60,941 bases of DNA from a virus. Its lineage: Duplodnaviria > Caudoviricetes. This document shows, piece after piece, positions 26,471 to 35,800 of the stretch. The notes beneath the pieces are model-generated. The model made no database searches and was not told the origin of the DNA. It was given only the letters and a program-made list of their open reading frames with translations. Made by a program: the position numbers and the translations under genes. The stretch is taken from the IMG/VR virus record IMGVR_UViG_3300025012_000095, positions 1 to 60,941 of that record, one strand, 5' to 3'. The stretch's first letter is position 1, and each line of letters starts with the position of its first letter.

Positions 26471-27415
26471 ATGGCTGGTTCTATCAAGGCGTCCAGCGTA
26501 TCGGCTCTCACCAATGCGGTGCGCGCAGCGTGGCTCACGAGCTTCAACGCGGCTCAGGACAATCTTCCGTGGCGCGATCTCGTTACCGACATGGGTAAGT
26601 CAAATCACGCCACCCAGAACATCGACTGGCTGGGCGAAACCCCAGAAATGCAGGATGCGACACGGGAAGACCTGCACATTGGGGCGCTGAACCGCTACAG
26701 CTATTCGATCACCCACAAGGTCTACAAGGCCGCGCTCAAGGTGAGACTGGCAGACTTGGAGACTGACAATCAGAACCAGATCCCGCCACGCGTGGCGGGG
26801 CTGGCAAAGCGCGCGGCAGGACACCCTGGCCGGTTGTCGTTCGATCAGCTCGAGGCGAATCCGACTGCCTTCGACGCGACAGCGCTGTTTGCCAACACCC
26901 GCGCCTACGGCGCGGCGGCGAACACCGACAACCTTCTCGCGGGGACAGGGACGACCGCGGCGAACATTGAGACTGACATCCAGACGCTCCGCACGACCAT
27001 GATGAGGTTTCAGGATGACACGGGCGAGGAGATGGAGCTGTCTCCAAACGTGCTCATTATCCCGCCAGACCTGGGACTGAAGTTCTCGAAGGTGCTTGGC
27101 GGCACGCGCGATCCTGGGGGCACGACGCTCCAGACCGGCGTCATTCCGCCAACAATGGGGAACAAGTGGAGCGCGGGTGGTTACACGGTCTACGAACTCG
27201 CGCGACTCTCTGATACGGACAATTGGTACGGGTTGCACACCGGAGAGGAACTCAATCCGTTTATCTACAGCTGGATAGCGCAGCCGGCGATTATGAATCG
27301 CCCGTCCGTGGATGACGCATCGGCTGTTGAGAGTGACATGCTGATCTATGCCGTCAGGGGCCACTACAACGTGGGTGTCTCCCTGCCGATGTACTTCTGC
27401 TCTGTGGTCAACTAA
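26471..27415 (+). CDS. Major capsid protein (Mu gpT-like)
   Basis: WLGETPEM, LAKRAAGHP, PNVLIIPPDL, DNWY. Confidence 0.85.
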   Translation: MAGSIKASSVSALTNAVRAAWLTSFNAAQDNLPWRDLVTDMGKSNHATQNIDWLGETPEMQDATREDLHIGALNRYSYSITHKVYKAALKVRLADLETDNQNQIPPRVAGLAKRAAGHPGRLSFDQLEANPTAFDATALFANTRAYGAAANTDNLLAGTGTTAANIETDIQTLRTTMMRFQDDTGEEMELSPNVLIIPPDLGLKFSKVLGGTRDPGGTTLQTGVIPPTMGNKWSAGGYTVYELARLSDTDNWYGLHTGEELNPFIYSWIAQPAIMNRPSVDDASAVESDMLIYAVRGHYNVGVSLPMYFCSVVN

Positions 27416-27427
27416 GGGGGGTGGAGT

Positions 27428-28651
27428 ATGAATGGACAACGAGCCACCACGGCTCTACTCGTGGCGTTTGCAGCGTTGCTGGTTGGATCAACTGCTTTGG
27501 GGTTGGTTCTGACGCAGCCTGTGATCGTGCAACTCCCACCAGCGGTGAATCCTGGGGGGCCGTCGGCGGCTGGTATGGATGTTCCACTGTTCCCGGCCCC
27601 CCTGGAGATTCAGACCACTTACACAGGTGACGCGTTGAAGATCCGCCAGGACGGCACCGGTGACGGCCTGACGGTGTTCGATGGCTCGACGGTGGAGGCA
27701 ACCTTTGGGGCGAGCACCTTCACGTTCGCGAACCCGCTGGACATGAGTGCGGCGATCATCTCGAACATCGGGAACGCCGGCACCGACTTCACATCTGCCG
27801 GGGGCCTCTCGCTGACCGATGATCTCGATATGACTGCCGACCCGATTCTAAACATCGGCAACGCGGGGACCGACTTCTTGACTAATGGTGGCCTGACCCT
27901 GGCGAATGCCGAGATCATCACTACCGGTGGTCTCACGGTGACGAACGGTGGAATCATCGTCACCGAGGATGGCGTGGACACGAATGGCACACCGCTGTAC
28001 TTGGGCGCCGATCGCGGCGCCTACCTAGACGAGTCGTCTGACGATATCATTCAGACGATCCTGGCAACCGGGTCGGGACTGTTCCGAATCATCACGGGCA
28101 ATCTGAGTGTGGGCAATGGCACGCCGACTCAGGCGCAAAATGGCGAGGACGCCTACGTTGAGGGCAAGCTGGAGATCGACGAATTGGCCTACCTTGACGG
28201 TGGAGCGCAAACGCCAGCCGGCACGGCTCAAGGGATCGGCTTTGAGTCTTGGGTTCCGGCAACCGTTATAACATCCACCAACGGCGCGCTGTGGACCATT
28301 CCTGGGAGCCAGAAGTGGCTCATCAAGGGAGTGTTCTGCAACGTCACGACCAACTTCGATTGCACCGGCGATGACTGCCAGTTGATCATAGGGGATGATA
28401 CGGATACGGACGGTTACCTGGTATTGGCAGACGCAACGCTGCAAGCTGCCGATACCGAAGGAACCGGCTGGCCGGCTGGCTGGCAGGGATTCGCAGCGGC
28501 CACTATCGGGGCGTTCCTCGACGGTATCACGACGGGGTTCCCGCAGGTGGCCGCCCAGACCATCGACATCGACATTCGGGACGTGTCGGCGGGTACCGAT
28601 CCGACGGCTGGAGCGGCAACCTGTTATCTGAGGTATACTCGCTTCGAGTAG
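27428..28651 (+). CDS. Hypothetical beta-rich protein with an N-terminal hydrophobic helix
   Basis: N-terminal TM/signal segment; NIGNAGTDF repeated twice. Confidence 0.7.
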   Translation: MNGQRATTALLVAFAALLVGSTALGLVLTQPVIVQLPPAVNPGGPSAAGMDVPLFPAPLEIQTTYTGDALKIRQDGTGDGLTVFDGSTVEATFGASTFTFANPLDMSAAIISNIGNAGTDFTSAGGLSLTDDLDMTADPILNIGNAGTDFLTNGGLTLANAEIITTGGLTVTNGGIIVTEDGVDTNGTPLYLGADRGAYLDESSDDIIQTILATGSGLFRIITGNLSVGNGTPTQAQNGEDAYVEGKLEIDELAYLDGGAQTPAGTAQGIGFESWVPATVITSTNGALWTIPGSQKWLIKGVFCNVTTNFDCTGDDCQLIIGDDTDTDGYLVLADATLQAADTEGTGWPAGWQGFAAATIGAFLDGITTGFPQVAAQTIDIDIRDVSAGTDPTAGAATCYLRYTRFE

Positions 28652-28660
28652 GGGTGGAGG

Positions 28661-29101
28661 GTGGCGTATACCACTTTAGCTCATGTGGAGGGCCGGTTAC
28701 GGGGACCGGCCCTCACCGAGACCTCGGTGCCAACGATCAACGAGGTCCAATCATTAATTAACGATATCGCCGCCGAGGAAAACGCGGCCTTGGCGTCGCA
28801 TGGCTTGAGCGTTCCCGCAACGGAGCCAGCCGAGTTTGTAGCGTGGCTGGGGCACGTCAACGCAACGGGGGTCTGCGCGCTCCTTGGAGACAATCGCGGG
28901 CAGTTGAAGGAAACAGCAAAGTGGTTTCGGGATCAGTACGACAAACAGATAGCATCCATGTGGGATGGGACAGCGTTTTCGTCAGGGGCGAGCCTGGTAT
29001 CGGGGGCTTTACCGACGAGTTGGACTGTTGAGTACCCAGACGAGGACGTTGACCTGGGGACCATTGGAGAGCCTGTTTTTAACGAGGCCTGGAAAATGTA
29101 A
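28661..29101 (+). CDS. Head-tail adaptor (gp36-like)
   Basis: MAYTTLAHV N-terminus and position. Confidence 0.6.
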   Translation: MAYTTLAHVEGRLRGPALTETSVPTINEVQSLINDIAAEENAALASHGLSVPATEPAEFVAWLGHVNATGVCALLGDNRGQLKETAKWFRDQYDKQIASMWDGTAFSSGASLVSGALPTSWTVEYPDEDVDLGTIGEPVFNEAWKM

Positions 29102-29577
29102 TGCTGACACTAGCCATTACGGGTGGAGTGCAGGAAGTCCTGAAGGGACTACAGGAGTTAGAGAGGCACACGAGAGACTGGCGTCCCTTCTTTGAACGAT
29201 ACGGGACGGATCATCTCAGACCGAAATGGCGTGCTTGGATGGACTCAGAGGGGAGTGGGCAGTGGGCACCGTTATCCCCTCGGTATGCGGCTTACAAAGC
29301 ACAGCGCTATCCCGGCAAGAAGATCTTGCAGCGGGAGGGAACGCTTCGGCAGAGTTTTGAAGAAAGCGGTGCGTATGGCATCACGCGACTCGAGGAGCGG
29401 CAAGCGGAGTATGGGACTTCCGCCCCAAGCGCAATATTCCATCAGTGTGGAACGAGAACGATGCCGCAACGACAAGTAGTCGTCTTTGACGCCGAGGACA
29501 AAAAGGCTCTGATACAGATGGCGGCTGCGTACATGGCGGAGATGGCGAGAGAGGTTGGGGTAGGGGGCCGCAAATGA
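29101..29577 (+). CDS. Phage virion morphogenesis protein (Mu gpG / tail S-like)
   Basis: WAPLSPRY, KILQREGTLRQS, FHQCGTRTMPQR. Confidence 0.8.
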   Translation: MLTLAITGGVQEVLKGLQELERHTRDWRPFFERYGTDHLRPKWRAWMDSEGSGQWAPLSPRYAAYKAQRYPGKKILQREGTLRQSFEESGAYGITRLEERQAEYGTSAPSAIFHQCGTRTMPQRQVVVFDAEDKKALIQMAAAYMAEMAREVGVGGRK

Positions 29578-30095
29578 GTTGGGCATTTGCGGAGGCGACT
29601 GCTGAGGCGGCCATCACGTATATCGAGGCCAACGGAGCCGCCAAGCTGACCTCCGTGGCTGCCAGGTACAGTGATGGGATTCCCCTACCAGCCATAGCGG
29701 CGTTGCGGTTATCCGACCCCTGGCTAGGGGCCGAGTCAGAGTTTCCGGTGGTGTACTTTGTCCCTGAGGAATCGAGGCGAGTGCCATCGGCAATGGGAAT
29801 GAAACAAGGGGGGTTGTGGGCGCACAGGTTTTTGGTTGCGATTGTTGCCGAGTTATCCATAGATCAGGGCAGGGCAATAACGTCAGCGGAGACCATACGG
29901 CGGATGATGATGCGGTATGTAGTGGCAATACTTGAGATGCTGGCTGAGGGGTACGCTTCGATGGGGCATGAGTGGGGCGTGGGTGGCCCCACGGAGGTTT
30001 ACTACGATGCAACAATAACCGACAAGGAACGGAATGCGTATCTTGGAGACGCCCGCATCGTAATCTGGAGTACCGGGAAGGAGACATCACTATGA
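29574..30095 (+). CDS. Putative tail terminator
   Basis: Position; FPVVYFVP. Confidence 0.5.
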   Translation: MSWAFAEATAEAAITYIEANGAAKLTSVAARYSDGIPLPAIAALRLSDPWLGAESEFPVVYFVPEESRRVPSAMGMKQGGLWAHRFLVAIVAELSIDQGRAITSAETIRRMMMRYVVAILEMLAEGYASMGHEWGVGGPTEVYYDATITDKERNAYLGDARIVIWSTGKETSL

Positions 30096-30526
30096 GTGAA
30101 CTACGAGATCCCCGCACGTTCCGTGTGGCTTTGCGGACTGGGTGGGGGCCAGGGGACGGTATCCACTTCCCCAGAATTGACGATGATCTTGCCCGCCGGG
30201 TGGCGGGGGAAAACTTCGAGATAGCCGAAGACGACCTAGAGCACTACTCCCCCGGCGATGTCGTGGAGGGGCGCATCCCCATCAGCTCGGTGAGCGTGCT
30301 TCTGGGGCGCGGCCTGATTGAAGAGGTGGAGGCAACATCCACCATAGGCGCCATTGCGAGGAACAAGCCGAACGCCACACAAGCGGCGGTCGAGCGAGCG
30401 GCGGAGGTGGGGCTGGACCTTTTGACTGTCTGGGGCACGGGCCACGGCGGGCGGGTTACGCTGGCCGATGTCGAGGGTGTGCTGATTGAGAACGCCGATG
30501 AGGACGAGGACGAGGAGGTCGAATGA
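30092..30526 (+). CDS. E3-binding (peripheral subunit-binding) domain protein
   Basis: ATQAAVERAAEVGLDLLTVWGTGHGGRVTLADV matches the PSBD consensus. Confidence 0.75.
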   Translation: MSELRDPRTFRVALRTGWGPGDGIHFPRIDDDLARRVAGENFEIAEDDLEHYSPGDVVEGRIPISSVSVLLGRGLIEEVEATSTIGAIARNKPNATQAAVERAAEVGLDLLTVWGTGHGGRVTLADVEGVLIENADEDEDEEVE

Positions 30527-31524
30527 CCACCGTAACCATTAGTGGGCGTTGGCTGTACTTCCAGGGAGTCATCCTCTCGGCGTCTGGCCTGACAGGATCG
30601 TTCACCCCGCCAGCGGCAAAGCCCAAGACGCAGGAGAGGACGGGGCCGTTCGATTTGGCGCCGGTCCGCTCGCAGACGGGCTACGTTGACGTTGACGACA
30701 TGTCGTTTTCTATGTGGTTCGACACCGACTACACGACTCTAGTCTCGTTACTCCATCTGGTTGATGCCACGGGGAGAGTATGCGCTTGGGGTTACAACGG
30801 CGACACGTTGGGCAACAAGTTTGAGGGCGTGCAGGTCCACAAGGCTACATTCACGCCAACGAGCGAGGCGGCGGAGTTGACGCCGTACGAGGTGACATTC
30901 CAGGTAACGCCCAACGGGCTGGAGCACGGGCAGATCGTCCACGTTCTCAGCGAGCAGACGATTGCTGGAAACACCGAAGCGGCTGCGGCCAATCACGGGA
31001 CGATGGCAACGGCGGTCGCCATCACGTCGTCGTCAGTGGCGAACCCCAGCGTTATCACGTCAACGGCGCACGGACTGGTGACGGGTGACACGGTTCTGAT
31101 TGCGGGTCATACCGGATCAACTCCTACCATCAACGGCTCCCACGTTGTAACAAAAACGGGGGCCAACACCTACACGATCCCGGTGAACGTCACCGTGGGG
31201 GGAACGGGTGGGACGGGCACGCGGACGAGCAGCCGTAATGGCGGAGCCGGGTATCTCCACGTGACGGCGCTGAACCTCGACAGCGGGACGGGCATCGTTT
31301 TCAAGTTGCGGGACTCGGCGGACAACGTGACCTTCGTGGACCTCGGCACCTTCACAACTATCACGGTGGAATACGCCGACTCGGATGTTGACACAGGGAC
31401 AGCGGAGCGCATCGCAATCGCGGGAAACATCGACCGATATGTCGCCTGCTCCTGGGCCTACGGTGGTGCACCGGGCGGGAGCCAGGACACTACTTTCTGG
31501 ATGGGATTAACTCGCAAAGAATAG
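30523..31524 (+). CDS. Tail protein with an inserted E1-FCCH-like beta domain
   Basis: ITSSSVANPSVITSTAHGLVTGDTVLIAG..INGSHVVTK..NTYTI. Confidence 0.65.
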   Translation: MTTVTISGRWLYFQGVILSASGLTGSFTPPAAKPKTQERTGPFDLAPVRSQTGYVDVDDMSFSMWFDTDYTTLVSLLHLVDATGRVCAWGYNGDTLGNKFEGVQVHKATFTPTSEAAELTPYEVTFQVTPNGLEHGQIVHVLSEQTIAGNTEAAAANHGTMATAVAITSSSVANPSVITSTAHGLVTGDTVLIAGHTGSTPTINGSHVVTKTGANTYTIPVNVTVGGTGGTGTRTSSRNGGAGYLHVTALNLDSGTGIVFKLRDSADNVTFVDLGTFTTITVEYADSDVDTGTAERIAIAGNIDRYVACSWAYGGAPGGSQDTTFWMGLTRKE

Positions 31525-31534
31525 GAGTCTTACG

Positions 31535-31975
31535 ATGGCAATGCCGATCATTTCCGAGCGTGTGGTAAACATTGACAACAAGTCGGGGAGCCCCACAGCC
31601 TACACGGCCCTGTTGGTGGGGGGGATGGACAAGCTGGGTGAGATGACTTATCCCGCCCAGGATGTTACGGGTGCGGCCGACGTAGCCCCCGTGCGGAAGG
31701 CGACGGGGTTCAAGGTTCCGTCGAACTTCACTCTCCAGTTTGAGGCAGATGTGGGTGGGACGCCGGATCCGGTAGACGACTTCGTGGAGAACGCCACGGC
31801 AAATAACCCTCGAACAGTCTTGGCAACGTTCAACACTACCACGTTGTCGTGGACAGCCACCGGTGAGGCGAACATCATTCGCAGCACCGTCATTGCCGAG
31901 CCTGGCGAGAACGGCGTGACGCTGGTCGAGGTTGAGTTTGAGCCCACGGGGGTCTGGACTCCCTCGCTCTCCTAG
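31535..31975 (+). CDS. Tail tube protein
   Basis: Size, composition and position before the chaperone and TMP. Confidence 0.6.
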   Translation: MAMPIISERVVNIDNKSGSPTAYTALLVGGMDKLGEMTYPAQDVTGAADVAPVRKATGFKVPSNFTLQFEADVGGTPDPVDDFVENATANNPRTVLATFNTTTLSWTATGEANIIRSTVIAEPGENGVTLVEVEFEPTGVWTPSLS

Positions 31976-32092
31976 CAGGCTGTATGACTGCGCCATGTCC
32001 GCAGTTGTCCGGCTTGGAATCAACGGGGGCCGTATCGGCCAGGGGGGCATGGCTCTCTGGTGCTGGCGGCCCCGTAGATTAGGAGGAGTGCG

Positions 32093-32617
32093 ATGGGGAC
32101 GGTACGGTGGACCGTAAGTGCGACTGACACGGTGCCCTTGAGGTTTGACGACCCTGGTTTTGTCAGGGTGTGTCAGACAGTAGGGACCGATCTGTACGAG
32201 ACCCTGAGCAAGTTGTTGGGGTGCGAGCCGAACGATGTTGATTGGACGCCCTATGTGCGGGAGGGTGTTCGGATAGACGCCAGGACGGGCATCACACAAA
32301 ACGAGGACGACCAGATCGCCAACAAGGGGCAACAGACCAACGCCAAGGAGGGCATTCGGGTTGACATCGTAGAGATCAACCGTCTGACCTTTGCGACGTG
32401 GGTGAAGGGGGTCAGTGCGGATGACGGAGATGCGGCCAAGATTTGGCAGCAACTTTCTTCTCCCAGGAAGTCGGACAGGGCAGAGGCGTTTTCATCTCTG
32501 CCACTGGAGACTGCGACGGCGCTGCTGGCTAGGTTGAGGGTACACATCGAAGAGGCTTCCAAGCCGGCGATGAGAGACCCAAAACTATCCCAAGCCACGG
32601 ACGAGGAGGAAGCCTAA
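32093..32617 (+). CDS. Tail assembly chaperone (G-like)
   Basis: Directly upstream of the TMP; slippery heptamer near the 3' end. Confidence 0.75.
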   Translation: MGTVRWTVSATDTVPLRFDDPGFVRVCQTVGTDLYETLSKLLGCEPNDVDWTPYVREGVRIDARTGITQNEDDQIANKGQQTNAKEGIRVDIVEINRLTFATWVKGVSADDGDAAKIWQQLSSPRKSDRAEAFSSLPLETATALLARLRVHIEEASKPAMRDPKLSQATDEEEA

Positions 32618-32871
32618 CTTGGGCGATCTGCGCGTGCAAAGGCGAGCGTAAACCAGGGTGCGAGCAGCACGCGGGGGATTATTGTGAGCCCTGGGTGGCG
32701 AGGTTCTTCAGGATGTTGGACCTCGCCGCCCATTTCGGTTCTCGGAAGGTAGCGTCAAAGCCAATCGACCCAGATCAACTCTCGCTGGTGGAGCTGGGGG
32801 TGCTGGACGATTGGTTCAAGTTATACGATGCCCGTGTGGCGAAAGCCTATAAGGACGCACAGAAGAAATGA
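32578..32871 (+). CDS. -1 frameshift extension of the tail chaperone (GT-like)
   Basis: C CCA AAA at 32578-32584; the -1 frame is open to TGA 32869-32871, overlapping the TMP ATG. Confidence 0.8.
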   Translation, partial: PKTIPSHGRGGSLTWAICACKGERKPGCEQHAGDYCEPWVARFFRMLDLAAHFGSRKVASKPIDPDQLSLVELGVLDDWFKLYDARVAKAYKDAQKK

Positions 32872-35800
32872 CCGAGGCTGAAGTCCTCCTAAAACTCCGG
32901 TCAACGGCCGAGACGGGTGGCTTTCAAAAAGTCACTGCTGCGGCTACTGCCCTTATGGAGAAGTTTGCCAGCGCGACGAAGGAGATACTGAAGTTTAGCG
33001 GCGCGGCCAAGCTGGCTGCCGCCGCTGTGGTTTTGTTGGGGCAGGGGGGTTTTCAACAGGTACTTGCTGGGGCCACTGCCTTCACCGACAAGCTCACTCT
33101 TGTTGTGAGGGAGATCCAGAGGTTTCGTGCCGAGTTAAGGCAGACATGGGCTGGCATGATTCAACTTGGGCAGAGTGGCTTTCAAGAGATTATTGCTGCG
33201 GCCGCTTCTTTTACTGGGAAGATTTCCCTCGTTGTGAAAGAGATCCAGAAGTTTCGCGTAGGGGTCAGGCAAGTTGCAGCGAGCATGATTCAACTTGGCC
33301 AGGACGGTTTTCAGGAAGTGAACGGGGCGATAACCTCCTTTACGGGGAAACTCGCTAGCGTGGGGCAAGAGATAAGGAAGTTTGGGGAAGGGATCAAGCA
33401 GGCCGCAACTGGTATGCTCAAGCTGGCCCAGGGCGGCTTTCAACAGGTTATTGCTGCGACAACCTCCCTGGTGGGGGAGATCACTGGCATTGCGAAGGAG
33501 ATAATGGCGTTCATCGAGAGAATCAAGCAAGCCGCAACCAGTTTGGTTGAGCTTGGGCAGAAAATACTCTCGGTCGCGGAGACGGCGTTGAAGCTTGCCG
33601 ACCGTTTCGGGTTGACGGGGATTATCGCAAAGACTCTTGTAAAGCAACTTGTCCCCGTTGGCTTGGAGATGGTGGGGATGGACAAAAGCGCGAACAAGGC
33701 CGCGACGGCAATTGGATTCGTTGCGGGAAAGATGAAGGGGACATCGCTTGCCTCGACGGAGCTAGGGGGGAGGCTCCAGCAGGTTTCGGGGGGTTTACAG
33801 TCCTTGGGCTTGGGGGCACAGGGGTTTGCCGGGAAGCTTCAATTGCTTTCGATGGCCGCAGGTCTTGTCCTTCTCCCACTCACAATACTAGGGGGTGTGG
33901 CGGGGATCGCCACAAAAGTGGTCACGGGTCTTGCGATGGGAGTGGTGCACCTGGGCGCAGGTTTTCTCAAGGCAACGTCAGGTGCTGTTGGATTCGTCAG
34001 CAGGGTGGTTATGCTTGCGAATAGCCTAATTAGCTTCTCCGCTGCCATAAAGGCAGCCGGGGGAGCCGGCCCCTTGATAGCCGATGTAGGGAAGCAATTT
34101 GCTACTTTTGGCCCTGTCATTACATCGCTTGGCGCAAGCCTTCAGGGGGTGTTCGGGGAAAAGATGAGGGGGTTGTTTGCGAGCCTTGCCATATCCATCC
34201 AAGGTGCGGGGACAGCACTCAAGTCAATGCTGGGGCTGGGGAAAGCAGCACAGGGCATTGCGATGGGGTTCAACGGTGCGGCTTCCTCTGCTGCGGGGTT
34301 ACGGGATCGTATTGCGGGGGTGTCACAAGCGCTAAAGGCGACTAAAGGCGAGGTGGGGGTCGAGAAGATAGCCGACGCTTTTGATAAGGCGGTGGCCGCA
34401 GGCGGGAAACTAAAAGACCAGGTGGTGTCGCTGTCGAGTGGGTTGGGGGGGTTGAAGAGCGGATTCACGGGGGCGGCGGCATCAGCCTTGGGGTTGGGGA
34501 AGGGGATAGATGGTACGAAGGCTTCGATAACCCCCCTGAAGGGGGAGATCAAGCAAGTCAACACTGACATTACAACGATGTCTATAACCATCAAGTCGAT
34601 GAAGAAAGCTTTGGCTAGTGATGAGGGCTCGGTGGGAATCGAGCGGATTTCCGATGCCTTCGATAAGGTGTCAGCCAAAGTAAAGGGCTTCGTAGCAACC
34701 CTAAAGACAATGGCGAGTGCGAACCTTGCCAAGTTTTCCACCCCGCTGGTGGCTGGATTGCGGTCGATTTCAGATCACTCGATCAACGCAATGATGGCGA
34801 TGTATAAAGCGGGGAACGGGGCACAGGACACCGCCAAGAAATTCGGCGAGGTGTCGGTGAGGGTCGGGGGGCTCGGGACGATCTTCTCGACGCTAAGCAA
34901 GGCGTTGGAGCACTTAGGTAGCCAGGCGACGATTTTTGGTGGGGTCTGGAGCGTGGCTACTCAAAAAGCGGGGGTGTTCCGAGGCGCCCTAACGAGTCTT
35001 GCCGGGATGGTCGGGGGAGTGAGCAAGGCTTTTCAGGGCGTCTCCGCAAACGCCGGGGCCGTGGGGACCGTTTTCAAAACCCTGGGCATAGAGAATGCAG
35101 CCAAGAAGTTCGGAGAGTTTGCGGTAAAGGTTGGAGGAGTTGGGGGGGGGCTCTCGGGGCTAGGCAAGGCATTGGGGCACCTGAGTAGCCAAGCGTCAGT
35201 TTTTGGCTCGGTGTGGAGTGGGGCAACCGCTAAGGCTGGTTTTTTCCGGGGTGTCGTCTTGGGGCTTGCTGGGGCGGCTGGTACGGCAGGCAAGGCTTTG
35301 CAGGGCCTCTCCGCTAACGCAGGGGCAGTAGGGACTGCGCTGAGATCCTCAAGTGAACTGGCTGGCAAAACCGCTGTTGGTTTCGGCCAGCTTGCGAACC
35401 AGTTTTACAAGCTGGAGAAAAAGTTGCCCCAAACGTCGAATGCTGCGAGAGCAACGGGGATTGCTTTAGGCGCAATGGGTGACGCCGCGAAGATGGCGGG
35501 GACTCAGTTAGGCAATCTCTCGGAAGGAACGGGGGCAGTAACCACGGGGCTGTGGCTAGCCAAGGGGGCTGGTGGCGGTTTTTTGAGTATGCTCATAAAG
35601 TTTGTCGGGGGGCTTAGTGCAACAACAGTAGGGGTTGGCCTCTTCGTGATTGCCTTGGCGGCCGTGTCGGTGGCGCTAATCAAGGTGGGGCAGCAGTTCG
35701 AGAAGCAGTTTCGGATCATAGCTCAGAAGACCGGTGAGGTTGGGCCGAAACTGGAGGAGCTGAAGGCGGATTTCTTGGCGGTAGGGGCAGAGGCCACGGT

